Virus record (IMG/VR): IMGVR_UViG_3300049137_000157
Span: 64,001-128,000 of that record
Origin: a virus
Reading direction: 5' to 3' (one strand)
DNA length: 64,000 bases
Shown: in pieces, positions 26,461 to 36,395 of the stretch
How positions within the stretch are numbered: the stretch's first letter is position 1
Layout of the letters: each line of letters begins with the position of its first letter
Program-made: the position numbers and the translations under genes
Notes under the pieces: generated by a model
Told to the model about the DNA's origin: nothing
Databases searched by the model: none
What the model saw: only the letters and a program-made list of their open reading frames with translations

Positions 26461-26832
26461 GTGTACGGCGGAAGACAAGGAGAGTGGAGCAAGTGGCACA
26501 CTCTGGAAGTCGGTGAACCGTTCGTCGAGAACGGGAAAACGTACCCCCAGTACACCTGGAAGCATGACAAGGAATGCCCTCGTGAAGTGGATTCGGTGAC
26601 ATTCGACGGAGTCAATTACTATCGCGTGGACTTCCGCTGTTACCTGGGATACATCGAAGAAAGCGGTGCGGAGAATCTTCTCGGTGACTGGGTGACCACA
26701 CCCGGCCTGTATCGCGTTCGCGCCCGTACCGTCTGGGACTACTGGGGCGAGGCCGACGAGGACATCGAGGTCGCGATCCTGCACGGCCCCGTCGACGCGC
26801 GCGAGTTCGACGAACCCCTGAAGGACGAGTGA
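26461..26832 (+). CDS. Hypothetical protein
   Basis: RBS GGAGGG; aromatic-rich 123 aa. Confidence 0.6.
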   Translation: MYGGRQGEWSKWHTLEVGEPFVENGKTYPQYTWKHDKECPREVDSVTFDGVNYYRVDFRCYLGYIEESGAENLLGDWVTTPGLYRVRARTVWDYWGEADEDIEVAILHGPVDAREFDEPLKDE

Positions 26833-27044
26833 AGCCCAGCGGCAACACTCCGGACCCCGACAATTTCCTGAAGGCCCTGGCCAAGATCAGCAAGAAGTAC
26901 GGCGTCGAGATCGGCGGCTGCGGCTGCCAGGGCTCCCCGTACGTCTCCGACAAGAAGGGCCGCGTCCTCGTCGAAGGGCTGATGTTCTGCAAGCTCCACG
27001 ACCGATACGGACCGAGTGCCGAGCACTACCACTGCGACGACTGA
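26829..27044 (+). CDS. Hypothetical protein
   Basis: GTGA-coupled; IGGCGCQGSP motif. Confidence 0.55.
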   Translation: MKPSGNTPDPDNFLKALAKISKKYGVEIGGCGCQGSPYVSDKKGRVLVEGLMFCKLHDRYGPSAEHYHCDD

Positions 27045-27066
27045 CCGAACCGGCAAGGAGAAGAAA

Positions 27067-27708
27067 ATGAAGGAACGCTGGCCCGACTTCACATTCGTCG
27101 GCATCGACCTGGAGTTCCTCCGGGACATTCCCGGTCAGCCCGGACTCATCTCAATGGCCCTGGCCTACCGAGACAAGGACCACCGGACTCACTCCCTCTA
27201 CGTGATCAACGGCGACGTCGACCAGGACGAGGTCCTCAGGCGGCCCTGGATGGTGGACAACGTCTGGTCCAAGCTGCCGCTCGACACCGACGGGCGCTAC
27301 TTGGACCTGCGGTCTTCTGAGGTCCAGGCGTACTACGACATCCCGGGTCTCGTCAGCGACTTCCTCAGCCCGCTGACGGACGGGGAGAGTTACCGCCAGC
27401 ACATCGGTCTGATCGCAGACCACGGCACCCAGGACGTGCAGCGTCTCCACGAGCTGTGGGGTCACGACTGGAGTCCGGGGGCGATGCCCCCGTGGATCCC
27501 GAAGCGACTCTTCCAGGACCTTGCCACGCTGGAAGACGTCGCGGGCGTGAGCGAGGGCAGGATGCCCGACGGGGAGCGTCTCCCCGAGATGGACCCCGTC
27601 AACGAGCACGTGGCCCTCTGGGACGCCGTGCATGACCTCGACGTCCTGGAGTTCCTCCTGGCTCGTTCACGGGCTGTGCGGGTCGCCTGCGGGGTCGAGC
27701 TGATCTGA
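27067..27708 (+). CDS. DEDDh 3'-5' exonuclease (Rv2179c-like)
   Basis: GIDLEF, LISMAL and EHVALWDA motifs. Confidence 0.75.
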   Translation: MKERWPDFTFVGIDLEFLRDIPGQPGLISMALAYRDKDHRTHSLYVINGDVDQDEVLRRPWMVDNVWSKLPLDTDGRYLDLRSSEVQAYYDIPGLVSDFLSPLTDGESYRQHIGLIADHGTQDVQRLHELWGHDWSPGAMPPWIPKRLFQDLATLEDVAGVSEGRMPDGERLPEMDPVNEHVALWDAVHDLDVLEFLLARSRAVRVACGVELI

Positions 27709-27721
27709 CCCAAGGCGCAAG

Positions 27722-27753
27722 GGGCGGGTCCCGGACGCAGCCGGGGCCCGCCC
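27722..27753 (+). terminator. GC hairpin terminator
   Basis: GGGCGGGTCCCGG/CCGGGGCCCGCCC. Confidence 0.6.
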
Positions 27754-27855
27754 TTCCCGTTCCCCGAACCTTTGAGTGGTTGTTTTTTGGTCCACTGGTG
27801 TACTAAACTTGCACCAAGGTCATCGAAGGATGGCCTCGGAGGGGAGAGGAAAAGA

Positions 27856-28599
27856 ATGAGGACTGGCGACCGGTACGAGAACGTGAAGACCGGCGAGATC
27901 GTCTCCATCCTGAACATCCGCACCGAGGACGGGCAAGCGACTGTCGCCCATCTTGACGACGAGGGTCGTCCCGTGAGTGCGTTCTCGGTTCCGCTCAGTC
28001 GATTTCGTTCGGGAATCTGCGGCAGGAACGGCGCTCCGTACAAGACCGGGTACATTCCGATGGACAACCCGGCCGCGCGGAATGAAACGGAGAGCGCCAT
28101 CGACGAGGAAGCGCTGAATTCTCTCGACAAGGATCAGCTCGCCGCCTATCTCGAAAACCTTCCGGACGACCAGCTCACCAACCTGGGTGCCAAGTACCAC
28201 GAAATCCAGGCGAAGGCGAAGGCGGTCGAAGACGCGGTCAAGAAGGTGATCGTCGCGAGGAAGAGGCCGCACGGTACGTACGTCCACGGCAATTCCACGT
28301 ACGTCGTGTCGCCGAACTCCCGTTTCGACGACGCCACGGCCAAGAAGAACCTCCCCAAGGAGGAATACGCGCGGATCTGCGTGCCGAAGGCCGATTCCAC
28401 CCTCGCGAAGAAGATGTTCGGAGGAGAGGACTCTCCGCTCTACCGGCTCTGCCAGAAGGACCTCGGGGCACCGAAGGTCACCCTTCGGGCGGCCACCGAC
28501 AAGGACCGGGCAGAAGCCGTGAACACTCCGGTCCAGGGCGACGCGTTCAACGGGGACATCCTCGAAGACTTCGACCTGGGAGACATCGAGATCGGCTGA
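27856..28599 (+). CDS. Hypothetical phage protein
   Basis: ATG after GGAGAGG; strong high-GC codon bias. Confidence 0.7.
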   Translation: MRTGDRYENVKTGEIVSILNIRTEDGQATVAHLDDEGRPVSAFSVPLSRFRSGICGRNGAPYKTGYIPMDNPAARNETESAIDEEALNSLDKDQLAAYLENLPDDQLTNLGAKYHEIQAKAKAVEDAVKKVIVARKRPHGTYVHGNSTYVVSPNSRFDDATAKKNLPKEEYARICVPKADSTLAKKMFGGEDSPLYRLCQKDLGAPKVTLRAATDKDRAEAVNTPVQGDAFNGDILEDFDLGDIEIG

Positions 28600-28607
28600 C
28601 GAAAAAG

Positions 28608-28642
28608 CAGATTCCGCCCGTCCCCTGCTCGGGCGGAATCTG
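28608..28642. terminator. Intrinsic terminator
   Basis: 13-bp stem CAGATTCCGCCCG/CGGGCGGAATCTG preceded by an A-run. Confidence 0.7.
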
Positions 28643-28660
28643 TCGTGTCAGGATACCTGC

Positions 28661-29371
28661 ATGTTTCGAGACGTCGCCGTTCTCATACCTTTCGGCAACG
28701 AGACGCCCTTGAGGAAACAGGCTCTGGGGCACGTGGCGAAATGGTACCTGGAGACCCTTCCTTTGGCTTCGGTCGGGACCGGAGGAAGCGACGGCGTCTG
28801 GTGCAAGGCGGAAGCCGTCGCCGAAGCCCTGAAGGAGACCTCGGCCGAGATCCTCGTGATCGCCGACGCGGACTGCATCGCACCTGGAATCCACGAAGCC
28901 ATTCGCAACGTGCGTCAGGGGGCCTCCTGGGCCATGCCGCACACCAAGGTCTACCGGCTCAACGAAAGCGCGACCCAGACGGTCCTGGGCGGGCGCAACC
29001 CGGCCGAACTGGCAGGAGTGCCCGCCCATCAGGACCAGGACCCGTACATCGGGTTCGAGGGCGGCGGGGTGACGGTCCTTCGGCGGTCCGTCTATCTCAA
29101 CTGCCCACTGGATCCGGAGTTCCGGGGGTGGGGTCAGGAGGACGAAGCGTGGGCTGTCGCCCTGAACGCCCTCCACGGCCCGCCCCGGCGAAGCCCGGCC
29201 CCGCTCTACCACCTGTTCCACGAGAAGCCGTCACGGATCAACCGCTACGCCGGTTCCGTGGCCAGCGTCCAGCGCCTCTGTCAGTACAAGGAGGCCGAAG
29301 TGACAGGAAGTTGGAATGAAATTCTCGAAACTGCGAGGAATCTCCTGAGGAGTGTCAGTGGTGTTCCCTAA
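28661..29371 (+). CDS. GT-A fold glycosyltransferase (GT2/GT7-like)
   Basis: VAVLIPF, LVIADAD (DxD) and FRGWGQED (galactosyltransferase-type GWG.ED). Confidence 0.8.
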   Translation: MFRDVAVLIPFGNETPLRKQALGHVAKWYLETLPLASVGTGGSDGVWCKAEAVAEALKETSAEILVIADADCIAPGIHEAIRNVRQGASWAMPHTKVYRLNESATQTVLGGRNPAELAGVPAHQDQDPYIGFEGGGVTVLRRSVYLNCPLDPEFRGWGQEDEAWAVALNALHGPPRRSPAPLYHLFHEKPSRINRYAGSVASVQRLCQYKEAEVTGSWNEILETARNLLRSVSGVP

Positions 29372-29380
29372 GCTGGCGGC

Positions 29381-30226
29381 ATGAGCAACCAAACCAGCGA
29401 CGAAATGACAGGGGAGCAGCTCGACGACTTCGCCCTGGGCCTCGCCACTGCCACGATCATGCGCCCCTCGAAGCGCGACCAGCAGAGCGCCCCCGGTCCG
29501 AGTGATCTGGCCGACGACTGCGACCGGTGCCTGGGCGGAAAGATCGCCCACTACCTGGGGCTCGGCTCTCCCGTGATGTCGGGGTTCTCCTTGGCCGCCT
29601 GGGTAGGAACGGCCGTCCACGAGAAGATGGAGCGCGACCTTCCCAAGGTGTACCGACATGCGGAGATCGAGATCGATGTCGAGGTCGGTGATGTCCCGGA
29701 TCTCGGGCACATCACCGGGCACACCGACGTGTTCCTGACCAACAAGTACACGGTCATCGACTGGAAGACCGCGTACAAGGAGGCCATCTTCCGGTACCGA
29801 AAGGCGGCTCGGGTTCCGGCGGAACTCCTGTCGGCGAACGAGGTCAGGGAGCTGGAGGACCTGAAGGCACTGGACCGGGAGAGCCGGTCCACTCCGGAGA
29901 GCCTGCTCCGCCTGGTCGAGCTGATGGCGAAGGCCAACCCGGACGGCAACGGACTTCCGGGCAACTATGTCCGGCAGACGCAGGTGTATCTCTACGGCCT
30001 GCACCGCATGGGTCGCAAGGTACGTCGCGCCGTCCTCGTCTTCATCCCCCGGGACAGCAACAGCATCGACGACGTCTGGGCGGCGGGCTTCACGTACCGA
30101 CCGGAGATCGCCGAGGCCGTACTCCAGAGGGCCTCCCACCTGGCACGACTCGTCAAGGCGGGCAAGCTCAACGAGCTGCGTACCAAAAGTGGATGCTACG
30201 TGTGCTCAAAAGCTCGACGCCTCTGA
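29381..30226 (+). CDS. PD-(D/E)XK Cas4/RecB-like phage exonuclease
   Basis: PSDLADDCDRC, GTAVHE, GHTD...VIDWKT, QTQVYLYG and a C-terminal CxxC. Confidence 0.82.
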   Translation: MSNQTSDEMTGEQLDDFALGLATATIMRPSKRDQQSAPGPSDLADDCDRCLGGKIAHYLGLGSPVMSGFSLAAWVGTAVHEKMERDLPKVYRHAEIEIDVEVGDVPDLGHITGHTDVFLTNKYTVIDWKTAYKEAIFRYRKAARVPAELLSANEVRELEDLKALDRESRSTPESLLRLVELMAKANPDGNGLPGNYVRQTQVYLYGLHRMGRKVRRAVLVFIPRDSNSIDDVWAAGFTYRPEIAEAVLQRASHLARLVKAGKLNELRTKSGCYVCSKARRL

Positions 30227-30313
30227 CTCGAATCTGGTACGCTGGAAGCACAGAAAGAGAACACACGAAATCAACGAAGCGATGAAGAAGACACCGGCAG
30301 TGAGGACAACAGG

Positions 30314-31489
30314 ATGAGCGAACTGGTCAAGAGGAACCCGGACTTCGATCCGGAGGCGATCAAGAAGAGCAAGCTGCTCCCGGAGCATCTCCAGAACGAC
30401 CGGGCTTCCCTGGAGTTCATGGCGATCATCGCCGACGGTCTGGGCATCAAGCCCGGCACTGCCATCCAGCACATCTACGTCTTCAAGCCGAAGAACGGCA
30501 ACCGCCTCCAAGCAGGGATGTCGGCCCACCTGTACGGTGCTCTCGCCATCGCCGCAGGTCATGACCTGCACGTCTCCGGCAACGCCATCGAGGCCAAGGG
30601 TGTCCTCATCCGCAAGGCCGACAACGAGAAGATCCAGCGATACCGGATCCTCGCCGAGGACGAACGCCGCAATCGTCAGCAGGCCATCGAAACAGCCCAC
30701 GGCCTGTACCGGCACGAACGCGAGTTCCTCCGGGACCAGATCGAGGACCTGGAGAGGCTGGCCCTGATCGCCGCCGAGAAGCCCGACAGCCCCGAGGCCA
30801 AGGGAGTTCAGGCGGAGATCGCGAAGATCCAGAAGCAGCTTCAGGGATTGCAGAAACAGTACGGCTTCGACACTCTTCGCCAGAGCCTCACCCAGGGTTC
30901 ACCGTTCGATCTGGAGAAGATTCTCCGGCACGAGGTGGTCTGGACGATGGCCATGGCGCAGCAGGCGGGCTTCACCAGCAATCCGAAGTACGGAACCCAG
31001 CCTCGCGAGATGTTGGAAGCTCGGGCTCAGGTCAGCGTCGTCCGGCGAGGTGCGATCGACGTGATCCTCGGCGTCCGTTCCTTCTTCGCCGACCTTGGCG
31101 TGGAGTACGACGGCGACCCGAACAAGGACCTGGCGATCGACGGTCTCCTTCTCGACGAGGACGAGATGCACCTCATTCAGGGCAGCGACGGCGAACCGAT
31201 CATGGACGCGGAACTGGTCGACGTCACCTCTCCAAAGGTCAGCCCCCGGCAGGCCCAGCTTCTGGACCTCGCGGCGGAAGGTGTCTCCAAGCGTGACGCC
31301 GACGGTGTCGCCCGATGGGCCCAGAGCATCCTGGCCAACGAGAAGCGGTCCGCCCGGCAGCGGGAGACCCAGCTCATGGCTATCCAGAGCGTCCTCCTGG
31401 AGGACCCCAAGGGGGACACCCTCCTGGAGAACGGCAACACCCTGAGGGACGAAATCCGCACCCTCACCGACTCACTCACCGCCAAGTAA
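30314..31489 (+). CDS. RecT/Redbeta-like single-strand annealing protein with helical insertion
   Basis: GLGIKPGTAIQHIYV, A.L..ALAIAAGH, VVWTM..A.QAG...PKY..QPREMLEARA...R...DV..G; directly follows the exonuclease. Confidence 0.65.
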   Translation: MSELVKRNPDFDPEAIKKSKLLPEHLQNDRASLEFMAIIADGLGIKPGTAIQHIYVFKPKNGNRLQAGMSAHLYGALAIAAGHDLHVSGNAIEAKGVLIRKADNEKIQRYRILAEDERRNRQQAIETAHGLYRHEREFLRDQIEDLERLALIAAEKPDSPEAKGVQAEIAKIQKQLQGLQKQYGFDTLRQSLTQGSPFDLEKILRHEVVWTMAMAQQAGFTSNPKYGTQPREMLEARAQVSVVRRGAIDVILGVRSFFADLGVEYDGDPNKDLAIDGLLLDEDEMHLIQGSDGEPIMDAELVDVTSPKVSPRQAQLLDLAAEGVSKRDADGVARWAQSILANEKRSARQRETQLMAIQSVLLEDPKGDTLLENGNTLRDEIRTLTDSLTAK

Positions 31490-31526
31490 ACCCACACGAA
31501 AACACGAAGAAGAGAAGGACATAGAG

Positions 31527-32789
31527 ATGAGCGACGAGTTCCAGGACGACCCGTTCAACAGCACCGACAACGACGGCGAGGGTGTGGTCGACGCCGACAT
31601 CGTCGAGGAGGACGAGACCGAGGAGGACGAGTTCGACATCCTCGGCGACGACGACCTCGAAGGCTTCTCCGAGACGGAGGACGGCGAGGCCCTCAAGGCC
31701 CAGGCCGACTCCGGCAAGAAGTACCGCGACCCCACCGAGGTCGGCCTCAAGGACCGTCAGTGGGTCCCCGTGGTCGTCAAGGAGATCACCGTCCACAAGA
31801 AGTACGCGCCGGAGTTCGGCGGCAACCCCGTGGTCCTCGCCAAGGACAAGACGGGCAAGCTGAAGTACCTCTTCAACGATGTCGCAGCCGCCATCCAGGA
31901 CGGTGCGACCCCGATGATCGGCGAGTACAAGCTCCCCTACGTCGTCGTCAAGATGAACCACGTGGCCCCGGCCTACGGCGAGCGGTTCTTCGACTACCAG
32001 GCCGACATCCCGATCCTCCCGATCATGACGAAGTACCGGAACGACCCGCGTGAGGGTCAGCTCCCGGGCTACAAGAACGAGAGGGGACTCGCCTTCCGTA
32101 AGGCGGCCGAGGTCCTCGCCGAGGGCGAGACCATGACCATGGCCAACATGGAGGAGATCCACCTCCGCGCCAAGGGCACCGTCGTGATGGCCCAGCTCAA
32201 CATCTACCAGAAGTCGAACCCGATCGCCCAGCAGGTCTGGGAGAACAACAAGCCGATCATGGTGCGTCTGGACCCGGCCGTGGGCGGACCGCTGCGGGTC
32301 TTCAAGAACGAGGCCACCGGCCAGTACATCAAGGTCGGCACCGCCGAGGTCGTCGAGGAGCTGAACGATCTGGACGAGACGGCCGAGCGGGTTCTGCTTT
32401 ACCCGCTGGGCGACGGCGAGTTCGCCATCCTCGACGACGGCCCGGCGGCCGGTCGCCTCACCAAGATGGTCAAGCCCTGGACCGACACTCTGATGCCGGG
32501 CGGACAGCCGGTGCCGTTCCTCCCGGTCCCCGAGCGGGACATCCAGGTCGAGACCCTGGACGGCACCATGATGGCGGGTGAGATCACCTGGGACACGATC
32601 GGCAACATCTGCCCGACCCTCGCCCCGGGTGCCTCGGTCGACGTGCTCCTCCAGAACGGCCGCACCGTCCAGGCGATCTACATGAAGTCGCACTGGGTCG
32701 AGATGGCGACCGAAGGCACCCCCTCGGTCCCCGCTCAGCGGCAGGAGGCTCCGGCCCGTGAGGAGCAGGTGACCGGCCAGGCCGCCTGA
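31527..32789 (+). CDS. Hypothetical protein with very acidic N-terminus (possible SSB-like replication protein)
   Basis: 420 aa with extreme high-GC codon bias; located between the recombinase and the primase. The function is a guess. Confidence 0.6.
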   Translation: MSDEFQDDPFNSTDNDGEGVVDADIVEEDETEEDEFDILGDDDLEGFSETEDGEALKAQADSGKKYRDPTEVGLKDRQWVPVVVKEITVHKKYAPEFGGNPVVLAKDKTGKLKYLFNDVAAAIQDGATPMIGEYKLPYVVVKMNHVAPAYGERFFDYQADIPILPIMTKYRNDPREGQLPGYKNERGLAFRKAAEVLAEGETMTMANMEEIHLRAKGTVVMAQLNIYQKSNPIAQQVWENNKPIMVRLDPAVGGPLRVFKNEATGQYIKVGTAEVVEELNDLDETAERVLLYPLGDGEFAILDDGPAAGRLTKMVKPWTDTLMPGGQPVPFLPVPERDIQVETLDGTMMAGEITWDTIGNICPTLAPGASVDVLLQNGRTVQAIYMKSHWVEMATEGTPSVPAQRQEAPAREEQVTGQAA

Positions 32790-32831
32790 TCCCGCGCCGG
32801 TAACGGTACGAAGGCCCCGGCCTTCACACGG

Positions 32832-32870
32832 CAAGCCCCTCGGTCCTCCCTGTGGAGGCCGGGGGGCTTG
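32832..32870 (+). terminator. Intrinsic terminator
   Basis: CAAGCCCC...GGGGCTTG hairpin followed by TTCGTTTT. Confidence 0.7.
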
Positions 32871-33135
32871 TTCGTTTTCGCTGATAACCCAATACAAGGA
32901 AACTCAAAAGAAATTGACGAGCAACTCGAATAACTGAATGCGAGGAAACCTCGTTTCTTCTCCTTCCGTGTCCTTGCTTTTCCTCGGGAAGTTGCTGACT
33001 GAAGCGATACATCTGGCGGCGAAATAGCGTCGGGCGGATACGATCAGTTTTCAGTCCGTGAAATCGGGTGGGATCTCCCGTGACCTCCGCCCCTTCGCGC
33101 TCCCGGGAAACGTCGCAAGCACGAGGAGAAGCACA

Positions 33136-35403
33136 TTGAGTTTCGTCTTCTTCGATACTCTCTTCCCGCCGGTCTCCGAAGACGGAAAAGACCTGGGATT
33201 CGTTGCTGTCTCCCTCTACCCCGGCGGAACCTTCAACAACGAAGAGGGCCCCACCCAGACGCACTTCTTCGCGTGGCCCAGCCAGAGGGACGACCTCGTC
33301 GCCTTCTGTCTGCACAACACAGAGAAGGACATCTACACCGTCCCGGCGCTGTTCGGCACCCGCAGCAGCCGCAAGGCCGCCAACATCGTCCACCAGTGGG
33401 CCGCCTACGCCGACGCCGACGACCTCGACCTGACCAAGGTGAAGACCGAGCCCACCATGGTCGTCGAGACCAGCGAGGGGCGGCACCACCTGTACTGGGT
33501 GACCAACGTCGACGACCCCACCCGCCTGGTGGCGATATCCCGGGGCATCGCCGAGGTGCACAAGGCAGACGGCTGCGACCCCGGGGGCTGGGACGCAGGC
33601 CAACTCCTGCGAGTCCCGGGCACATCCAACAACAAGCGTCAGCGCTGGCAGATACCCCAGCCCAAGATGGGCCCGACGTACGACGTCGACGCGCTCGCCA
33701 AGATCTACCCGCCCTTCGAGAAGAGCGAGCGGCCGGTCGAAGGCGATGCGATGCCGCCCAAGACGACCTGGTACTACACGGCCCAGTCGATCCGCGAAAG
33801 CGCCGAGGCGTTCCGATCGTCGCCGGAGATCTACGAGCTGTACGCCCAGGACCTGCGCCCCGACCAGGACCGCTCCCGAATGCTGTGGAAGCTCCTCAGC
33901 CTGCTCTCCCGGCTGAGCGTCTCCCGGCTCACCGCGATGCACATCGCCTGGGACGCCAAGTGCAACAAGTACAAGATCGAGGGTCGCCCGGAAGAACACC
34001 TCTGGAACCAGCTCTGCAAGGCGTACCAGGACCCCGAGAACCAGCCGATCAAAAGCTCGTTCGCCAACCCGGAATTCCGGAGCGCCGTCGACAAGAGCGA
34101 CGAGAACCCGGAGAACAAGCTCCTCGCATTCGCCGAGTCGGTGGCCATTCTGAATCCGGAGGAGCGCGACCGGGTTCCCGAGGACACGTTCATCGACCGG
34201 TATGCGAGCTGGGCCTCCACTCGGACCGACGCGCCTGAGATCTACCACCGGGCCATGGCCGCCATGATTCTCTCGGCGATCTTCGGTGAATTCGGAAAGT
34301 GTCCCACGAAGTTCGAGACCAACCTGACGCTCTGGTTCTTCATTCTCGGCCCGACCACCCGGGCAAGGAAGACCACCGCGATGATGCTGGGCATCGACCT
34401 CATCGACGATTTGATGAACGACATGTTCCAGTACCTGCTCGGGTCGGACGTCACCTCCGAGGCCCTGTCCGCAATCCTTCCCCAGCGCAACGGCCGCACC
34501 TCGGTCTTCTACAGGGATGAAGCCCACGGGCTGTTGTTCGAACAGTCCCAGAAGCGCTACCTCGCGGGCGTCCGTGAGCACATGACCGAGCTGTTCTCCG
34601 GCCGCGTCCGCACCTCGCTCCGCGTCTCGAACCTGAAGGAGGTCGAGGAGCGGGACATGACGGTGATCCGTACGAACTTCATCATGTACCTGTGCGGAAC
34701 CCTCGACCAGGTGGCCGCCAACCTCACGCTGGAGGACTACCAGTCCGGCCACCTCGCGCGGTTCCTGATCGCCGAGGCCGACCCGCCGCCCATCACTCGC
34801 GAGGGCATGTACACCAGCCAGTTCGACGGTCAGACCCTTGAGGAGGACGCCGTCCGGCAGGGTCTGATCAACGACATGGCGGCGGCCCGCACCTTCTGGC
34901 TCCAGGTGACCGCCCCCGGCGACCCCGTCATCATCCCGTTCGCCCCCGACGCCTGGGACCGCCTCCAGGACGCGAAGTACGTGCTCTACAAGACGGCCGA
35001 GGACCACGAGCTGCGCGAGGTTCTGCTGCCCACCACGGCCCGCATGGGTGACTCCATGATGAAGCTGGCCGTCCTGATCGCCATGGGCGAGCGCGAGAAG
35101 GTGGTGAAGCTGCGTCACCTCTTCAAGGCCGCCGAGCTGGCCGAGGAGTGGTACCGGTGCACGGTGAAGGTCGCGGGCAAGATCCTGCACTCGGAGTGGG
35201 CGGCCCGGCAGAACGAGATCCTGACGGCGATCCAGACTCGGCGGGACGGACTGACCGAGCAGGACATCTACTCCAGGTTCCGGTCCAAGGCACAGGAGAA
35301 GGACATCGAGTCCGATCTCCGTGTGCTCTGCAAGGCCAAGCTGATCCACCGGACCGAGGAACGCGGGCGGGTGCGCTACATCCCCCTGAGCCGAGCTGCC
35401 TGA
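33136..35403 (+). CDS. AEP (RepB-type) primase fused to a DUF3987/YfjI-like helicase-type domain
   Basis: AYADAD, TSEGRHHLYW and QLLRVPGTSNNK primase motifs; ILGPTTRARKTT and FYRDEA P-loop-like motifs; TTG start after AGGAG. Confidence 0.82.
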   Translation: MSFVFFDTLFPPVSEDGKDLGFVAVSLYPGGTFNNEEGPTQTHFFAWPSQRDDLVAFCLHNTEKDIYTVPALFGTRSSRKAANIVHQWAAYADADDLDLTKVKTEPTMVVETSEGRHHLYWVTNVDDPTRLVAISRGIAEVHKADGCDPGGWDAGQLLRVPGTSNNKRQRWQIPQPKMGPTYDVDALAKIYPPFEKSERPVEGDAMPPKTTWYYTAQSIRESAEAFRSSPEIYELYAQDLRPDQDRSRMLWKLLSLLSRLSVSRLTAMHIAWDAKCNKYKIEGRPEEHLWNQLCKAYQDPENQPIKSSFANPEFRSAVDKSDENPENKLLAFAESVAILNPEERDRVPEDTFIDRYASWASTRTDAPEIYHRAMAAMILSAIFGEFGKCPTKFETNLTLWFFILGPTTRARKTTAMMLGIDLIDDLMNDMFQYLLGSDVTSEALSAILPQRNGRTSVFYRDEAHGLLFEQSQKRYLAGVREHMTELFSGRVRTSLRVSNLKEVEERDMTVIRTNFIMYLCGTLDQVAANLTLEDYQSGHLARFLIAEADPPPITREGMYTSQFDGQTLEEDAVRQGLINDMAAARTFWLQVTAPGDPVIIPFAPDAWDRLQDAKYVLYKTAEDHELREVLLPTTARMGDSMMKLAVLIAMGEREKVVKLRHLFKAAELAEEWYRCTVKVAGKILHSEWAARQNEILTAIQTRRDGLTEQDIYSRFRSKAQEKDIESDLRVLCKAKLIHRTEERGRVRYIPLSRAA

Positions 35404-35423
35404 CCACCTGAAAGGTCCCCCGA

Positions 35424-36395
35424 ATGCCCCGGGTGTACAAACCCACCGGGCGTCCCGTGGGGCGGCCGACCGGGGACCGCTCAGGATCACCTCTCGAACG
35501 GGTGGAGAGGGCCAAGACACTCCTCCCGAACCTGAGGCACTTCCCGCACCTCGTGCGGGCGGTGGATCGCGCCCTCGCCTACCCCAACCTGACCGTCCTG
35601 CGGAGCCCGTACCCGAGCAATCCCGTCGACGTGGACGTGATGCACGTCTACAGCCCTGCCGAGCGGGGGCAGATCCTCGCGTTCGTGTGGTGGGCCTACG
35701 TGAACCGGAAGTGGTGGGCCAAGCGCCGCAGGCTCGCCGCGATCACTCTGCTGTCACCGCTGATGTTGTTCTCGTCGACCTTCTTCGAGGAGATGACGGG
35801 GATCCCGTTCAAGAACGCCTCGAAGTGGATGACGCGGCCGGAGGGGATGAGCGTCAGCCGGGTCACGGGGTCCGTCGACATGCGGTCCGTGCACCTAGCC
35901 TTGGAGGCCGCTACGCGGGGGGACGAGGAGTTCCGGCTCTTCGCTTCCGAGATGCATTCCAAGGGCTTCCCGAAGGCCGCTGTGTCCCGCCTGACGGGTG
36001 TCCCGCCGAAGGGCCTGCTGGATCCGCACGAGGGTATCCAGTTCACGCCCGTGTGGCCGGACCTCCACACCTTCTCGGTGTCCTCCCGGGAGACGTACCT
36101 GTACTGGCTCCGGGACGCCAGTGAGCTGGAGAAGAACCTGATGCCCGTGGTGTACGGGCAGGAGTGGGTTCGAGACGTACTCCCAGAAACGGGCCTGATT
36201 CGTACCGTTTTTACGGCAACTCCCGTTCCAAGAAACGGTGAGGATTGGTACCATTTTTGTATCCCAGGACTGCCAAAACCGCACCGCGCGAAGCGGCTCG
36301 GCCCGCGCTACTTCGAGAACATCCTCGCCTGGGAGACCAAGTACCTCCTGCCTGGACTGATGCCTACACGCGACGACACCGGGACTGACACATGA
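35424..36395 (+). CDS. Hypothetical protein (possible DNA-binding)
   Basis: 323-aa ORF between primase and polymerase; ATGA-coupled to the polymerase. Confidence 0.65.
   Translation: MPRVYKPTGRPVGRPTGDRSGSPLERVERAKTLLPNLRHFPHLVRAVDRALAYPNLTVLRSPYPSNPVDVDVMHVYSPAERGQILAFVWWAYVNRKWWAKRRRLAAITLLSPLMLFSSTFFEEMTGIPFKNASKWMTRPEGMSVSRVTGSVDMRSVHLALEAATRGDEEFRLFASEMHSKGFPKAAVSRLTGVPPKGLLDPHEGIQFTPVWPDLHTFSVSSRETYLYWLRDASELEKNLMPVVYGQEWVRDVLPETGLIRTVFTATPVPRNGEDWYHFCIPGLPKPHRAKRLGPRYFENILAWETKYLLPGLMPTRDDTGTDT

Noticed and set aside
26708-26716. TGTATCGCG half-site of the parS-like palindrome
   Set aside because: Half-site only and inside a coding sequence; likely chance.
29381-30226. Cas4-like nuclease as evidence of a CRISPR system
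   Set aside because: It is paired with a RecT-like gene in a phage recombination module, and no array or other cas genes are present.
32871-33135. A/T-rich intergenic stretch before the primase as a replication origin
   Set aside because: No iterons or clear repeats were found. It is equally explained as a promoter region, so it is not called.
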